From IMG/VR virus record IMGVR_UViG_3300027970_000006: a DNA stretch of 64,000 bases. The stretch is one strand, 5' to 3'. The notes below the pieces were generated by a model, which searched no databases, was not told the origin of the DNA, and saw only the letters and a program-made list of their open reading frames with translations. This document shows, in pieces, positions 39,746-49,366 of this stretch; within the stretch, counting starts at the first letter, position 1, and each line of letters starts with the position of its first letter. The translations under genes were made by a program, and so were the position numbers. Source of the stretch: a virus.

Positions 39746-40513
39746 ATGGCAAATTTTATTTATTCACAAGTAACTATTGAACCTGAAGAGGCAATGGATA
39801 AAATCTGTAACATGTTTGACAACATGCCAAAGGCAGAATACGGACAAGAAACAAAAGTTATTGTTCAAACATTTTACACCGAAGATGAACTTAAAAAACC
39901 TTATAACAATGGTGAAACTGAATATCCAATTACAGATTCAGGTGTAAATCATGGGTGGCTTTATGATAATGTTGGAACTAAATGGATCACTGGAGGTGTT
40001 GACGATATTATTAAATTAGAAACTCCTTCTTATATTCCTGATGGATTTTTAATTAAACTTTACTCAATTTGTATTTCTGAATTTGAGGATGTTAGAATTA
40101 CCTGTAAATGGTATGATGAATTTGAAACTAATATTGGAACTGCAGTTGTTTGGAACGGAGTTTACACCGAAGATGAAGAAACTATTGAATCTGAAGGAAT
40201 GTTTGATCCGGGTTATGAAGTTACTGGCGATGAAGACATTCAGGATATTAAAGAATGGATTTTAGGTGAGATAAACGAAAATTCATATACTAAAGCAGAA
40301 GAGGTTGAAGAAATGGACGAAGAAAGATTAAGAGAATTATTTCAAGATTGGAAACAAGAGGGAAAGTGGGACCATATTACAGATCGTCAAGAATCAATGT
40401 ATTACTCTTGTGAAGAAGCGATTGAAACAGAAGATTTTGATTTCCCAATTTCAAAAGTTAAAAAAATTGCTAATAAAAAATATGAAATGGTTGAGAATTG
40501 TTATCCGTTTTAA
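39746..40513 (+). CDS. acidic hypothetical protein
   Basis: 255-aa ORF; contains 'W.YDNVGTKW'. Confidence 0.7.
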   Translation: MANFIYSQVTIEPEEAMDKICNMFDNMPKAEYGQETKVIVQTFYTEDELKKPYNNGETEYPITDSGVNHGWLYDNVGTKWITGGVDDIIKLETPSYIPDGFLIKLYSICISEFEDVRITCKWYDEFETNIGTAVVWNGVYTEDEETIESEGMFDPGYEVTGDEDIQDIKEWILGEINENSYTKAEEVEEMDEERLRELFQDWKQEGKWDHITDRQESMYYSCEEAIETEDFDFPISKVKKIANKKYEMVENCYPF

Positions 40514-40522
40514 TTAAAAATT

Positions 40523-41302
40523 ATGATTAAAAAACTAATACATTTTTCTGATCTACACATTAGACTATTCAAAGATCACGATCTATATAAGTCTATTTTA
40601 GAAACCGCAATTGAACAATGGAGAGACTTAGAACCTGATCGCATCGTGTTTACGGGAGATTTGGTTCATTCTAAAAACCAAATGACGCCAGAACTTATTG
40701 AAATGGTTAGTTGGATTTTAACTGAATGTTCCTTTATTGCGAAAACAATTATCATACCTGGAAACCATGACGCGATTTTAAATAATTTAGATAGAATGGA
40801 TGCGTTATCACCAATTATCAATTCCTTGAATAGTAAAAATATTGTTTATTATAAAAACAGAGGTGTTTATGAGGACGACAATATTAGTTGGTGCGTATAT
40901 TCACAATTTCAAGGAAACATTCCTCCTGATATTATTGATGGTAAGGGAAGAAAGATTGGTTTATTTCACGGACCTATTTCAGGTTTAAAAACAGATCTTG
41001 GTTTTGAGTTTGGTGAGGAGGCGTATGAGATTGAAAAGTTTGATGGGTTGGAAACTGTTTTATGTGGTGACATTCATAAACGAGCTGAGTTCCAAATTAA
41101 AGAGGGGAAAGGTTATATGATTGGATCAACCATTCAAAATAACATTGGTGAAAGTATTGGAAGACATGGTTATGGAATTTATAATGTCGAGACAAAAGAA
41201 TATTCTTATGTTGATCTACCAAACCCAAAACCATTTATGAAATTCTCCATAAAATCATTTGAAGATATTGAAAATGGAATTGAAAAACTCCAAAATCTTT
41301 AA
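40523..41302 (+). CDS. Mre11/SbcD/gp47-like metallophosphoesterase nuclease
   Basis: 'HFSDLH', 'TGDLVH', 'PGNHD', 'FHG', 'GDIHK'. Confidence 0.88.
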   Translation: MIKKLIHFSDLHIRLFKDHDLYKSILETAIEQWRDLEPDRIVFTGDLVHSKNQMTPELIEMVSWILTECSFIAKTIIIPGNHDAILNNLDRMDALSPIINSLNSKNIVYYKNRGVYEDDNISWCVYSQFQGNIPPDIIDGKGRKIGLFHGPISGLKTDLGFEFGEEAYEIEKFDGLETVLCGDIHKRAEFQIKEGKGYMIGSTIQNNIGESIGRHGYGIYNVETKEYSYVDLPNPKPFMKFSIKSFEDIENGIEKLQNL

Positions 41303-41915
41303 TAAAGAAATAATGCAGGCAGTGTCTGCATTTTGTGAATCACAAGAAATTAAAGATGTGGATAACTTCATGTATCTATGTTTTAAACAAGGGTTTGATA
41401 TTAAAAGATATGGACTTTTAGGAAAAACACTTAATGATGGTGAAAAAGACTTAATTAAAGAGGTAATTGTTGAAAAACGAGTAGAAATACCTGTTGAAGT
41501 GATAAAAGAGGTGGAGAAAATTGTTGAGGTTATTAAAGAAGTTGAAAAAATAGTTGAGGTGGTTAAAGAAATACCAGTTGAAAAAATAGTTACAAAAACT
41601 GAATATATTAGTGACAAAACAACTGAAAACGAACTGTTGTTAAAAATACAACAGTTGGAAAATGAAACAGCTAAAAAGAATGAAGAACTAGATGAACTTA
41701 GACAAACTTTAGACGAACTTAGACAAAAGTTAGACATTAAAGAAGATAACGACAAGGTAAAATTACTTCAGCAAACAATTCAAAATATGAGAAGTGAATT
41801 ACAACAAAAAAACGAACAAATAAAAGAATTAGAAAAAATAAACCGAGACCTTTTGAATGGTAACCAAAATCAAGGTTATCTACTTAGGGGATCAAATTTA
41901 AATAAAAGAGTATAA
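41274..41915 (+). CDS. coiled-coil protein with E/V/I/K (EVIKEVEKIV) repeats
   Basis: ATG at 41274 preferred to TTG 41259; repeats followed by heptads. Confidence 0.7.
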   Translation: MELKNSKIFNKEIMQAVSAFCESQEIKDVDNFMYLCFKQGFDIKRYGLLGKTLNDGEKDLIKEVIVEKRVEIPVEVIKEVEKIVEVIKEVEKIVEVVKEIPVEKIVTKTEYISDKTTENELLLKIQQLENETAKKNEELDELRQTLDELRQKLDIKEDNDKVKLLQQTIQNMRSELQQKNEQIKELEKINRDLLNGNQNQGYLLRGSNLNKRV

Positions 41916-41963
41916 TTTTACCAAAACATAAAATACATATATTTATATATAAATTAATTAATT

Positions 41964-42686
41964 ATGAAAAAGTGTAAAAAATGTTTAATAGAACAAGATG
42001 ATTCTAATTTTTCTAAAAATAAAAATAATAAAGATGGGTTGGTAAATTATTGTAAAAAATGTGAAAAAATAAGAACCTCTAATTATAGAATTAAAAATCG
42101 AGAAAAAATAAACTTAAAAAATAAAATTCATAGAAATAATAACCCTGAAAAATATAAAGAACACCAAAAAAAATATTTAGAAAAAAACCCGCACATGACA
42201 TCTAAGGAAAGAATGCGAAAATATAGAGAAAATGAAGAATGGAGAGAGAAATTTAAAGAGTCTAGAAGAAAATATTATCTAAATAATGTAGATGAAGAAA
42301 GAGAAAAAAGAAAAGAATATTATTATAAAAACAGGCAAACCGAAAGAAAAAAAAATGATCAATGGAGAAAAAATAAATTAAAAACCGATGGTTTTTTTAG
42401 AATGAAAAGGAGATTAAGAGAAAGAATCAGGGATTACATGAAAGGAAACCATATTGGTAAAAAAACCAAAGAAATTGTGGGTCTTGATTATGAAGAATTT
42501 AAAACTTATATTTCTAATAAGTTCACTGAAAATATGGGTTGGGATAATTATGGTGATTGGCATTTAGACCATATTATACCACTCTGTGAGGCTAAGACTG
42601 AAGAAGAACTATTTAAACTAAATCACTATACAAACCTTCAACCGTTATGGGCTGAAGATAATTTAAAAAAAAATAGAAAATTATGA
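41964..42686 (+). CDS. free-standing HNH endonuclease
   Basis: N-term CKKC..CKKC; C-term 'WHLDHIIPL..LNHYTNLQPLWAEDNLKK'; own TATTTATA at 41940. Confidence 0.85.
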   Translation: MKKCKKCLIEQDDSNFSKNKNNKDGLVNYCKKCEKIRTSNYRIKNREKINLKNKIHRNNNPEKYKEHQKKYLEKNPHMTSKERMRKYRENEEWREKFKESRRKYYLNNVDEEREKRKEYYYKNRQTERKKNDQWRKNKLKTDGFFRMKRRLRERIRDYMKGNHIGKKTKEIVGLDYEEFKTYISNKFTENMGWDNYGDWHLDHIIPLCEAKTEEELFKLNHYTNLQPLWAEDNLKKNRKL

Positions 42687-43039
42687 CACAATTGATACTA
42701 TGGATTATTATTGCTTACGGATTAAGTAATATTGTTGTTTACGGAAGTATTTTTAACGGACCAAGAAATAAAATTAATAAGTGGGCGGAAAATGAATGGA
42801 CAGCATTTAATGGTATTTGGGTTTTTATATCTAATATGATTAAATGTATGATGTGTTTTGGGTTTCATTGTGGATGGTTCCTATCAATTACAATTTACTC
42901 ACCAACATACCAAATATTGGAAGTTACTCCTTGGGCGTCTTGGTTCTTCGATGCTTTTTTGGCTTCAGGAGCAGTGTGGGCAATAAATGGTATAATTGAA
43001 TGGTTTGAAGAAAATAGACCAAGTAATAATAATTTATAA
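42683..43039 (+). CDS. membrane protein (DUF1360-like CxxC)
   Basis: Three hydrophobic segments, 'CMMCFGFH'. Confidence 0.65.
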   Translation: MTQLILWIIIAYGLSNIVVYGSIFNGPRNKINKWAENEWTAFNGIWVFISNMIKCMMCFGFHCGWFLSITIYSPTYQILEVTPWASWFFDAFLASGAVWAINGIIEWFEENRPSNNNL

Positions 43040-43047
43040 TTTATAAA

Positions 43048-43413
43048 ATGGGAAAAGCAGCAAAAGAACACAGAAAAAAAGTTGCAAAAAGAAATGCAAA
43101 AATTAAACAACAAAAATCAGGAATGCAAAAAGCTTTTGATTTATTGATGAAACAACAAATTGATGCTATGTCAAACGAAGAAAATCTTAAAGCTCAAATT
43201 GGTGATCAAGATTTAAATTTTGAAGTTGTTGAAGAAAGAACAATTGATCACGCATTTAAATTTACCCCAAACGAAGAAGAATCTCAAAAAATTAACAAAG
43301 AATTTGAAGAAATTATGGGTAATGATGAGGAATTGAGAGAAACATTCCCACTTAACATTGAAGGACCTGATATGCCTTTAGATGTTGACACAACAGAAGA
43401 AGAACAAAAATAA
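43048..43413 (+). CDS. hypothetical protein, basic N-terminus / acidic C-terminus
   Basis: ORF. Confidence 0.7.
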   Translation: MGKAAKEHRKKVAKRNAKIKQQKSGMQKAFDLLMKQQIDAMSNEENLKAQIGDQDLNFEVVEERTIDHAFKFTPNEEESQKINKEFEEIMGNDEELRETFPLNIEGPDMPLDVDTTEEEQK

Positions 43414-43416
43414 TGA

Positions 43417-45789
43417 ATGGACTTGTTCAACCCACCAAGATTATTTAATTACAATATAATGATAAAATATTTAGACTTTTCTAAGTTTGAAAACCCAACA
43501 ATACAAGTTGTATGGGAAGACCTACCTGAAAATTTCACTCAAGACAAGATCAAAAGTGTAAAACATTATTTCCAAAAGAAATATAATACTACTAATGTAA
43601 ATGTTTTAACTAAGGCAAAGAATGTTGAAACGCATGAAATGCAAAGTATTGATGTCTCAGTGAACATATCTGATTCAAATTATCAACTTGACTTACTGAA
43701 GAAGTTTGTTGATGCCAAAGGGTATTCTAATTATCAAGATGATGTTTTATCAATCAATAAAATGGTTGAAAACAAAATGAATGGTGATGAAGAAAACCAA
43801 TCTCAGTTTAAAAAGTGGTATATTAGAAACATTGAGTTCTCAAACTTTTTATCATATGGGGAAAATCAAAAATTAGATTTTGATAAGTTAAATGGTATTG
43901 TGGTGGTAGAGTCAGATCCACCAAATTTTGGGGGTAAAACCGTATTAACGGTGGATCTTTTAATGTTCTTATTCTTTAACGAAACAACAAAGACAACAAA
44001 AGCTGAAGAGATATTCAACAGATTTTCAAACAAAGATAAAGTTCATGTCAAAGGTGAAATCACAATTGATGGTGAAGAATATGTTATTGTTAGAAACATT
44101 GAAAGAAAAATGTCCAAAAAAGGTGAATGGAATGTTAAAACTGAACTAGACTTCTTTAAAAAACTATCTGACGGAACGTTATTAAACTTTACAGGAGAAC
44201 AAAGAAGAGAAACCGAAGCATTTATCAAAACCTCAATTGGGACCAAAGAAGACTTCTTAATGACAATTCTAACAACAGGATCAAACCTTGAAGAATTATT
44301 GGAGTCAAAACCAACAGCTCGAGGTCAGGTATTATCAAGATTTATGGGACTTGAGTTTTTAAAAAAGAAAGAAGAAGTTGCAAAAGAAATCTACGGAGAG
44401 TTCTCAAAGCAAAAATTGTCAAATGTGTATTCATCTGAACAATTAAAAGATGATATTACAACTCACCAAGAGTCAATTCAAACACTTAATACTCAAATAG
44501 AGGATAGTCAAAAAGAATTAACAAATGTTGAAGACGCAATCACCAAAGGTAAAACTTATCGTGATGACATGTTAAAGAAAAAACATTCCAACATTGATCA
44601 AGAAATTAGTAGATTAAATCCAACTCAAGTTCAAGAAGAAATCAACACGATTGATTTTGAAAAGAAAGGTTACATTTCTAAAATCAATGAACTTAAAGTT
44701 GTTGAACCAAGTGAATATTATCACGAAGATAAACACGATGAGGTTAAAGAACAATATAACGAGGTTTATAAAGAGATCGTTCAGATTGACACCGAGATTT
44801 CATCAATCAACAAATTAAAGTCTGAAGTAGAGGGGGGTATCAAATGTGCTCACTGCGGAATTGAGTTGATGAACGCAGCGATAACAAATTCTAAAATCGC
44901 AGAGTTAGATGGACTAATTGTGCAAAAAACCACAAAAACGACACTTATGCAGGATTTATCCCGCAAAGAACAGAGTTTTGTTCAGTTAAAGAAGGAGTTT
45001 GATGAATATGAAAAAAACAAACTAGTTAAAGAAAAGTATGAGATTTCTGTTGAAAGTTGTGATTTGAAAATAAGTTCGTTAAGAGATAAACTTAAAAGGT
45101 GGGAAGAAATTCAGGATAAGATTTCTGAAAATCAAAAGATTGAGGGTCAGTTAATTAAAGCGGATTTAAGGCTTGAAGAGCTTGAAAGAGAAAAAACAAG
45201 AATAAATTCTTTGATTTCAGGTAACAAAGTTTCCATTTCTTCGTTAGAAGAGAAGATTGAAAACAATAAAAAAATGATTGTTAAAATCAAAGAAGAAGAA
45301 GAAAAAGAAAAGATTTATAAAATCTATCTTGAAGCTTTTGGTAAAAATGGAGTTTCCAAAATCATAATGAAAACCATGTTACCGTTAATAAATAATGAAC
45401 TACAACGACTTATGGAAGATTCTTGTTACTTCAAGTTGGAACTTAGAATTAACGATAAGAACGAGGTTGAGTTTATGATGATTGATAACAGCACAGGAAT
45501 TGATAAATTAATGACATCTGGGTCGGGTTATGAAAAGACTATTGCATCACTTGCACTTAGATCGGTATTAACAAAAATTTGCACTTTACCAAAACCAAAT
45601 CTTGTTGTGATGGACGAGGTATTTGGTAAAATTTCAAATGAAAACTTAGAAATGGTATCTGAATTTTTCATTAAGATTAAAGATTATTTTGAAAAGGTGT
45701 TCGTTATTTCACACAACCCTTTGATTAATAATTGGTCGGACAACATAGTTAAAATCAAAAAAGAAAATAATATTTCAAAAGTTTTGTGA
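43417..45789 (+). CDS. Rad50/SbcC/gp46-like SMC ATPase
   Basis: 'NFLSYG', Walker A 'NFGGKT', coiled coil with CAHC zinc hook, signature 'SGSGYE', Walker B 'VVMDEVFG', 'ISH'. Confidence 0.92.
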   Translation: MDLFNPPRLFNYNIMIKYLDFSKFENPTIQVVWEDLPENFTQDKIKSVKHYFQKKYNTTNVNVLTKAKNVETHEMQSIDVSVNISDSNYQLDLLKKFVDAKGYSNYQDDVLSINKMVENKMNGDEENQSQFKKWYIRNIEFSNFLSYGENQKLDFDKLNGIVVVESDPPNFGGKTVLTVDLLMFLFFNETTKTTKAEEIFNRFSNKDKVHVKGEITIDGEEYVIVRNIERKMSKKGEWNVKTELDFFKKLSDGTLLNFTGEQRRETEAFIKTSIGTKEDFLMTILTTGSNLEELLESKPTARGQVLSRFMGLEFLKKKEEVAKEIYGEFSKQKLSNVYSSEQLKDDITTHQESIQTLNTQIEDSQKELTNVEDAITKGKTYRDDMLKKKHSNIDQEISRLNPTQVQEEINTIDFEKKGYISKINELKVVEPSEYYHEDKHDEVKEQYNEVYKEIVQIDTEISSINKLKSEVEGGIKCAHCGIELMNAAITNSKIAELDGLIVQKTTKTTLMQDLSRKEQSFVQLKKEFDEYEKNKLVKEKYEISVESCDLKISSLRDKLKRWEEIQDKISENQKIEGQLIKADLRLEELEREKTRINSLISGNKVSISSLEEKIENNKKMIVKIKEEEEKEKIYKIYLEAFGKNGVSKIIMKTMLPLINNELQRLMEDSCYFKLELRINDKNEVEFMMIDNSTGIDKLMTSGSGYEKTIASLALRSVLTKICTLPKPNLVVMDEVFGKISNENLEMVSEFFIKIKDYFEKVFVISHNPLINNWSDNIVKIKKENNISKVL

Positions 45790-45818
45790 TAATTTAAAAC
45801 AAAACTGAATTTTTTCCT

Positions 45819-45826
45819 TATATTTG
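45819..45826 (+). promoter_or_regulatory. Bacteroidota-type -7 element TAnnTTTG
   Basis: TATATTTG upstream of ATG 45848; -33 element weak. Confidence 0.55.
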
Positions 45827-45847
45827 TAGAACAATTAAAAAAAACAC

Positions 45848-46366
45848 ATGAATTACTTACTTTTTTCTTATTACGACGAGACGATTGAGGACTCTGAAAA
45901 CAAAACACAACAAATTGGAACAATGATTTCAGAAAATTTGGCATCAGGAAATGTTAAGTTCTTATATGGACCAAAACATGCCATTTTTCATTTTGACGCT
46001 AAAGGACCAATTGAGGATATCCAAGATGTATTATTCTTTATTAATGAAGAGGTTCAAAACTTTGACTATTTTTTAACAAAAAAACCAACATCAATTGTTT
46101 CAAACATGGATGAAAACAACCTAAATGAGTTTTTAACGTTAAAGGGATCCAAACCAAAGAAACAAACTCCACCAAAATTAAGAACAAAAAATCTTAGAAA
46201 CACAGAACCATTTTTTGACATTGCGGATTTAATTATGAATTTCAAACGACCTGAAGTTTGTGATATGACACTTGACGAATTACTTGATAAAATTGGTCAG
46301 GAAGGACTGTCTTCATTATCAGAATTGGAAAGACAAAAATTGGAAGAATACTCAAAATCACTTTAA
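45848..46366 (+). CDS. hypothetical protein with C-terminal DUF6576-like motif
   Basis: 'LDELLDKIGQEGLSSLSELERQKL'. Confidence 0.6.
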   Translation: MNYLLFSYYDETIEDSENKTQQIGTMISENLASGNVKFLYGPKHAIFHFDAKGPIEDIQDVLFFINEEVQNFDYFLTKKPTSIVSNMDENNLNEFLTLKGSKPKKQTPPKLRTKNLRNTEPFFDIADLIMNFKRPEVCDMTLDELLDKIGQEGLSSLSELERQKLEEYSKSL

Positions 46367-46375
46367 AACAAATAT

Positions 46376-47176
46376 ATGAAAGAAAAAAGCTCAGGTGCGC
46401 ACATAAACCAAGAAGAAATTCAACATTACCTTAAAGACATTAGAAAAATTAAGGTAATGACCGCAGAAAGGGAGAGAGAACTGGCAAAAAAAATGAAGTC
46501 GGAAGATTTACAATTGACAGAAAAACAAAGAATTGAAGAAGAGATTTTGACAGGAAATCTTCGTTTTGTTATCACGGTTGCAAAACAATACCAAAATCAA
46601 GGTTTGGACTTGTCTGACTTAATTGCTGAAGGTAATTTAGGGTTGATGAAAGCAATTAAAAACTTTGATTGGAACAAAGATTTAAGATTTATATCCTATG
46701 CGGTATGGTGGGTAAAACAATCCATAATTCAATCGTTAAATGATAACTCAAGAACTATTAGACTACCGGTTAATGTGGTTCAGGATCTTCATAAAGCGAA
46801 AAAAGAACTTGAAAAGACTGGAAAAAAACTTGAGGATAAGTTTTCCACACTCCCCTCAATGATAGACTTGGATATGAATATAAACGAGGATGGTGATACA
46901 TTGTTGGATATGATTGCAAATAAGGACGCTGAACTACCTGATGCGGTATTTGACACCAAAGATATCTTAAAAGACAAATTATTAAAACTTTTGGATGTTT
47001 TGGACGATAGGGAGAGAGTTATTGTTGCTGATTACTTTGGATTAAGTGGAACACCAAGAACATTGGAAGATATTGGATCGGACTTTGGTTTAACAAAAGA
47101 AAGAGTTAGACAAATTAAAGAGAAGGCTCTTAGAAGACTTCGTAATGATTCTTCTGAATTATTTGATTATCTATAA
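46376..47176 (+). CDS. RpoD/SigA-family RNA polymerase sigma factor (Bacteroidota-like, no region 1.1)
   Basis: 'NLRFVITVAKQY', 'DLIAEGNLGL', 'RFISYAVWWVKQSI', 'SRTIRLP', 'TLEDIG..FGLTKERVRQIKEKAL'. Confidence 0.95.
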   Translation: MKEKSSGAHINQEEIQHYLKDIRKIKVMTAERERELAKKMKSEDLQLTEKQRIEEEILTGNLRFVITVAKQYQNQGLDLSDLIAEGNLGLMKAIKNFDWNKDLRFISYAVWWVKQSIIQSLNDNSRTIRLPVNVVQDLHKAKKELEKTGKKLEDKFSTLPSMIDLDMNINEDGDTLLDMIANKDAELPDAVFDTKDILKDKLLKLLDVLDDRERVIVADYFGLSGTPRTLEDIGSDFGLTKERVRQIKEKALRRLRNDSSELFDYL

Positions 47177-47177
47177 A

Positions 47178-47306
47178 AAGGGTTGAACCGAGATTACCCT
47201 AACAACTCGGCGGAATGAGACACGAGGTTCTCAAGGTGAAAATCCCCAATTCTATCTATACGGTAGAATGAAACTACACTCCCCCATTGGCGCCAGTGGG
47301 GGTTTT
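47178..47306 (+). ncRNA. candidate structured small RNA, copy 1 (H-type pseudoknot, hairpins, terminator)
   Basis: AGGGT/ACCCT and CCGAG/CTCGG interleaved stems; TGAGA/TCTCA; ATTCTATC/GGTAGAAT; shares conserved core with 57215-57347. Confidence 0.65.
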
Positions 47307-47312
47307 ATTTTT
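47281..47312 (+). terminator. intrinsic terminator
   Basis: CCCCCATTG-gcgc-CAGTGGGGG plus TTTTATTTTT. Confidence 0.85.
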
Positions 47313-47398
47313 TATTTTAAAAGACTATTATGTAGTCCTACTAATGACAATTTTAAATTAAGACTTATTTTAATATTTATATAAAAAGAACAAATCAA

Positions 47399-48769
47399 AT
47401 GAATAGTAAATTTTTACCATGGCTGTTATTATTCTGTGCTCTTGGACTATCGGGAACCGCGGCATATTATAGTGTATATGGACTTTCAATTATATTTTCA
47501 GGGGTTTCAATTCCTGTAATTATTATGGGATCTTTTTTAGAAATCTCTAAAATATCAATTGCAACTTATCTTCACGATAGTTGGTCTAAAGTATATGGGG
47601 TGTTAAAGTTATATTTAACAATGGCTCTTTTTACTTTATCAATTTTAACTTCTATTGGTATTTATGGACTTTTGGCCACAGGGTTTCAAAAAAGTATTGC
47701 GGGTCTTGAAATCAACAACAAAAAAATTAAAAACATTGAGGTAAAAAAAGGAAGATTTGAAGAAATTAAAAAAGAATTTCAAAAAGAAAAAAAAGGATTG
47801 GATAAGGACATCACAAGTTTAAGAACAGCCCTTTCAACCAACACAACAACTCAAACCATAGATAGAAGATCGGGACAAGTTGTTACAAGAGCCAATGACG
47901 GAAATAGAAGAGCATTTCAACAACAATTAAGTGTTGCTCAAAAATCAAGAGACACTTTAAGTAAACAAATTGATAATCTAAACGATAGTATTACAAATTT
48001 GGATATTCAGATTTTAGACATATCATCAAAAGAAATTGAATCTGGTGAATTGGGGGCGATTAAATATCTAAGTGAGATTACAGGATGGGATGTTAAAAAA
48101 ACAGCAAACTTTTTTATTTTAACTCTAATATTTGTTTTTGACCCATTGGCAATTGCGTTAGTTATTTCCACAAACATGGCGTTTAAAAACCATAGAAGAA
48201 GAAAAGAAGAAGACGAAGAAATTAAACCCGAATATGAAAAATACCCATTTGAAAACGAAATTGAGATCCCTGAAAGTTATTTAACCTATGTTACCTCACA
48301 TAATACCAAACATGTTGAACCCGAAATTATTGAAAGAATTGTTGAAGTTCCTGTTGAAGTGGATAGAATTGTTGAGGTTCCTGTTGAGGTAATTAAAGAA
48401 GTTGAAAAAATCGTTGAGGTTCCTGTTGAAGTGGATAGAATTGTTGAGGTTCCTGTTGAGGTAATTAAAGAAGTTGAAAAAATCGTTGAGGTTCCTGTGG
48501 ATAGAATGGTTGAGGTGATAAAAGAAATTCCTGTGGATAGAATGGTTGAGGTAATAAAAGAAATTCCTGTGGATAGGATGGTTGAGGTAATAAGAGAAGT
48601 TCCAGTTGAAGTTATCAAAGAGGTTGAAAAGATTGTTGAAGTCCCTGTTAATTATTACATTAAAGATAATGGTGAAATTTTAGATCAAGAGGGAAATATG
48701 ATTGATAAGATCAAACTTGACAAAAAAAATGAAGAATCTAATAGGAGGGTATTATCTTATAAAAAATAA
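47399..48769 (+). CDS. multi-pass membrane protein with coiled coil and VPV/EKIVEV repeat tail
   Basis: Three N-terminal TM segments, coiled coil, fourth TM, repeat region; TATTTATA at 47374. Confidence 0.75.
   Translation: MNSKFLPWLLLFCALGLSGTAAYYSVYGLSIIFSGVSIPVIIMGSFLEISKISIATYLHDSWSKVYGVLKLYLTMALFTLSILTSIGIYGLLATGFQKSIAGLEINNKKIKNIEVKKGRFEEIKKEFQKEKKGLDKDITSLRTALSTNTTTQTIDRRSGQVVTRANDGNRRAFQQQLSVAQKSRDTLSKQIDNLNDSITNLDIQILDISSKEIESGELGAIKYLSEITGWDVKKTANFFILTLIFVFDPLAIALVISTNMAFKNHRRRKEEDEEIKPEYEKYPFENEIEIPESYLTYVTSHNTKHVEPEIIERIVEVPVEVDRIVEVPVEVIKEVEKIVEVPVEVDRIVEVPVEVIKEVEKIVEVPVDRMVEVIKEIPVDRMVEVIKEIPVDRMVEVIREVPVEVIKEVEKIVEVPVNYYIKDNGEILDQEGNMIDKIKLDKKNEESNRRVLSYKK
48336..48648 (+). 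repeat. coding tandem repeats (72-bp x2, 36-bp x3)
   Basis: 48347-48418 duplicated at 48419-48490; then CCTGTGGATAG(A/G)ATGGTTGAGGT units. Confidence 0.85.
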
Positions 48770-48772
48770 ATC

Positions 48773-49366
48773 ATGGAAATAATTAACCAATTATTTGACA
48801 CTAATTATTTAAAGATTGAAAATAAAAAACAAATTGTATTAACACACACGTCAAGAAATTTGTTTGATTATGTGGTATCATTAAAAAATAGATTTGGTGG
48901 TAAACCACAAAGATTACCACATTATTTGGTCGGACAAGACGGGAAAGTAATTCAACTTTTAGATGACGATGTTAATGGTAATTATTTTAATAACATCACT
49001 ATAAATTATAAATCAATCGTTATTTCATTAGAAAATTTGGGTTGGTTAGAGAAAGTGCCATTAAAAAAATATCACATAAACTGGATCGGCAATATTTATA
49101 AAGAAAAAGTTGTAGATAGAAAGTGGAGGGATTATTTTTTTTGGCATCCATATACAGATATTCAGTTAGAAAAAACTGCGGAACTTTGTAATGAATTGTC
49201 AAAAAAACATAAAATAAAATTAAATTGTATCGGACATAATACCAAAGTAAAAGGATCTGAAACTTATTTGGGTATTATAACAAGATCCAATTTTGATGAG
49301 AACGCCACGGATATAAGTCCAGCATTTGATTTTGAAAGATTTAATACCTTATTAAAAAATGAATAA
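48773..49366 (+). CDS. N-acetylmuramoyl-L-alanine amidase-like (Amidase_2) protein
   Basis: 'QIVLTHT', 'PHYLVGQDGKVIQL', 'SIVISLENLG', 'YTDIQ', 'IGHN', 'DISPAFDF'. Confidence 0.75.
   Translation: MEIINQLFDTNYLKIENKKQIVLTHTSRNLFDYVVSLKNRFGGKPQRLPHYLVGQDGKVIQLLDDDVNGNYFNNITINYKSIVISLENLGWLEKVPLKKYHINWIGNIYKEKVVDRKWRDYFFWHPYTDIQLEKTAELCNELSKKHKIKLNCIGHNTKVKGSETYLGIITRSNFDENATDISPAFDFERFNTLLKNE

Noticed and set aside
41255-41755. Antisense and alternate-frame ORFs in the track (e.g. 41255-41755, 48286-48618, 13919-14299, 50951-51262, 52047-52358)
   Set aside because: Shadow ORFs fully overlapping well-supported genes, produced by codon bias and repeats.
47178-47280. tRNA, tmRNA or hammerhead ribozyme
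   Set aside because: Only a T-loop-like GG-N7-CC and a GAAAC are present; no cloverleaf, acceptor stem, tag reading frame or CUGANGA core.
48336-48648. CRISPR-like repeat array
   Set aside because: Repeats are in-frame, contiguous, lack unique spacers and encode VPV repeats; no cas genes.
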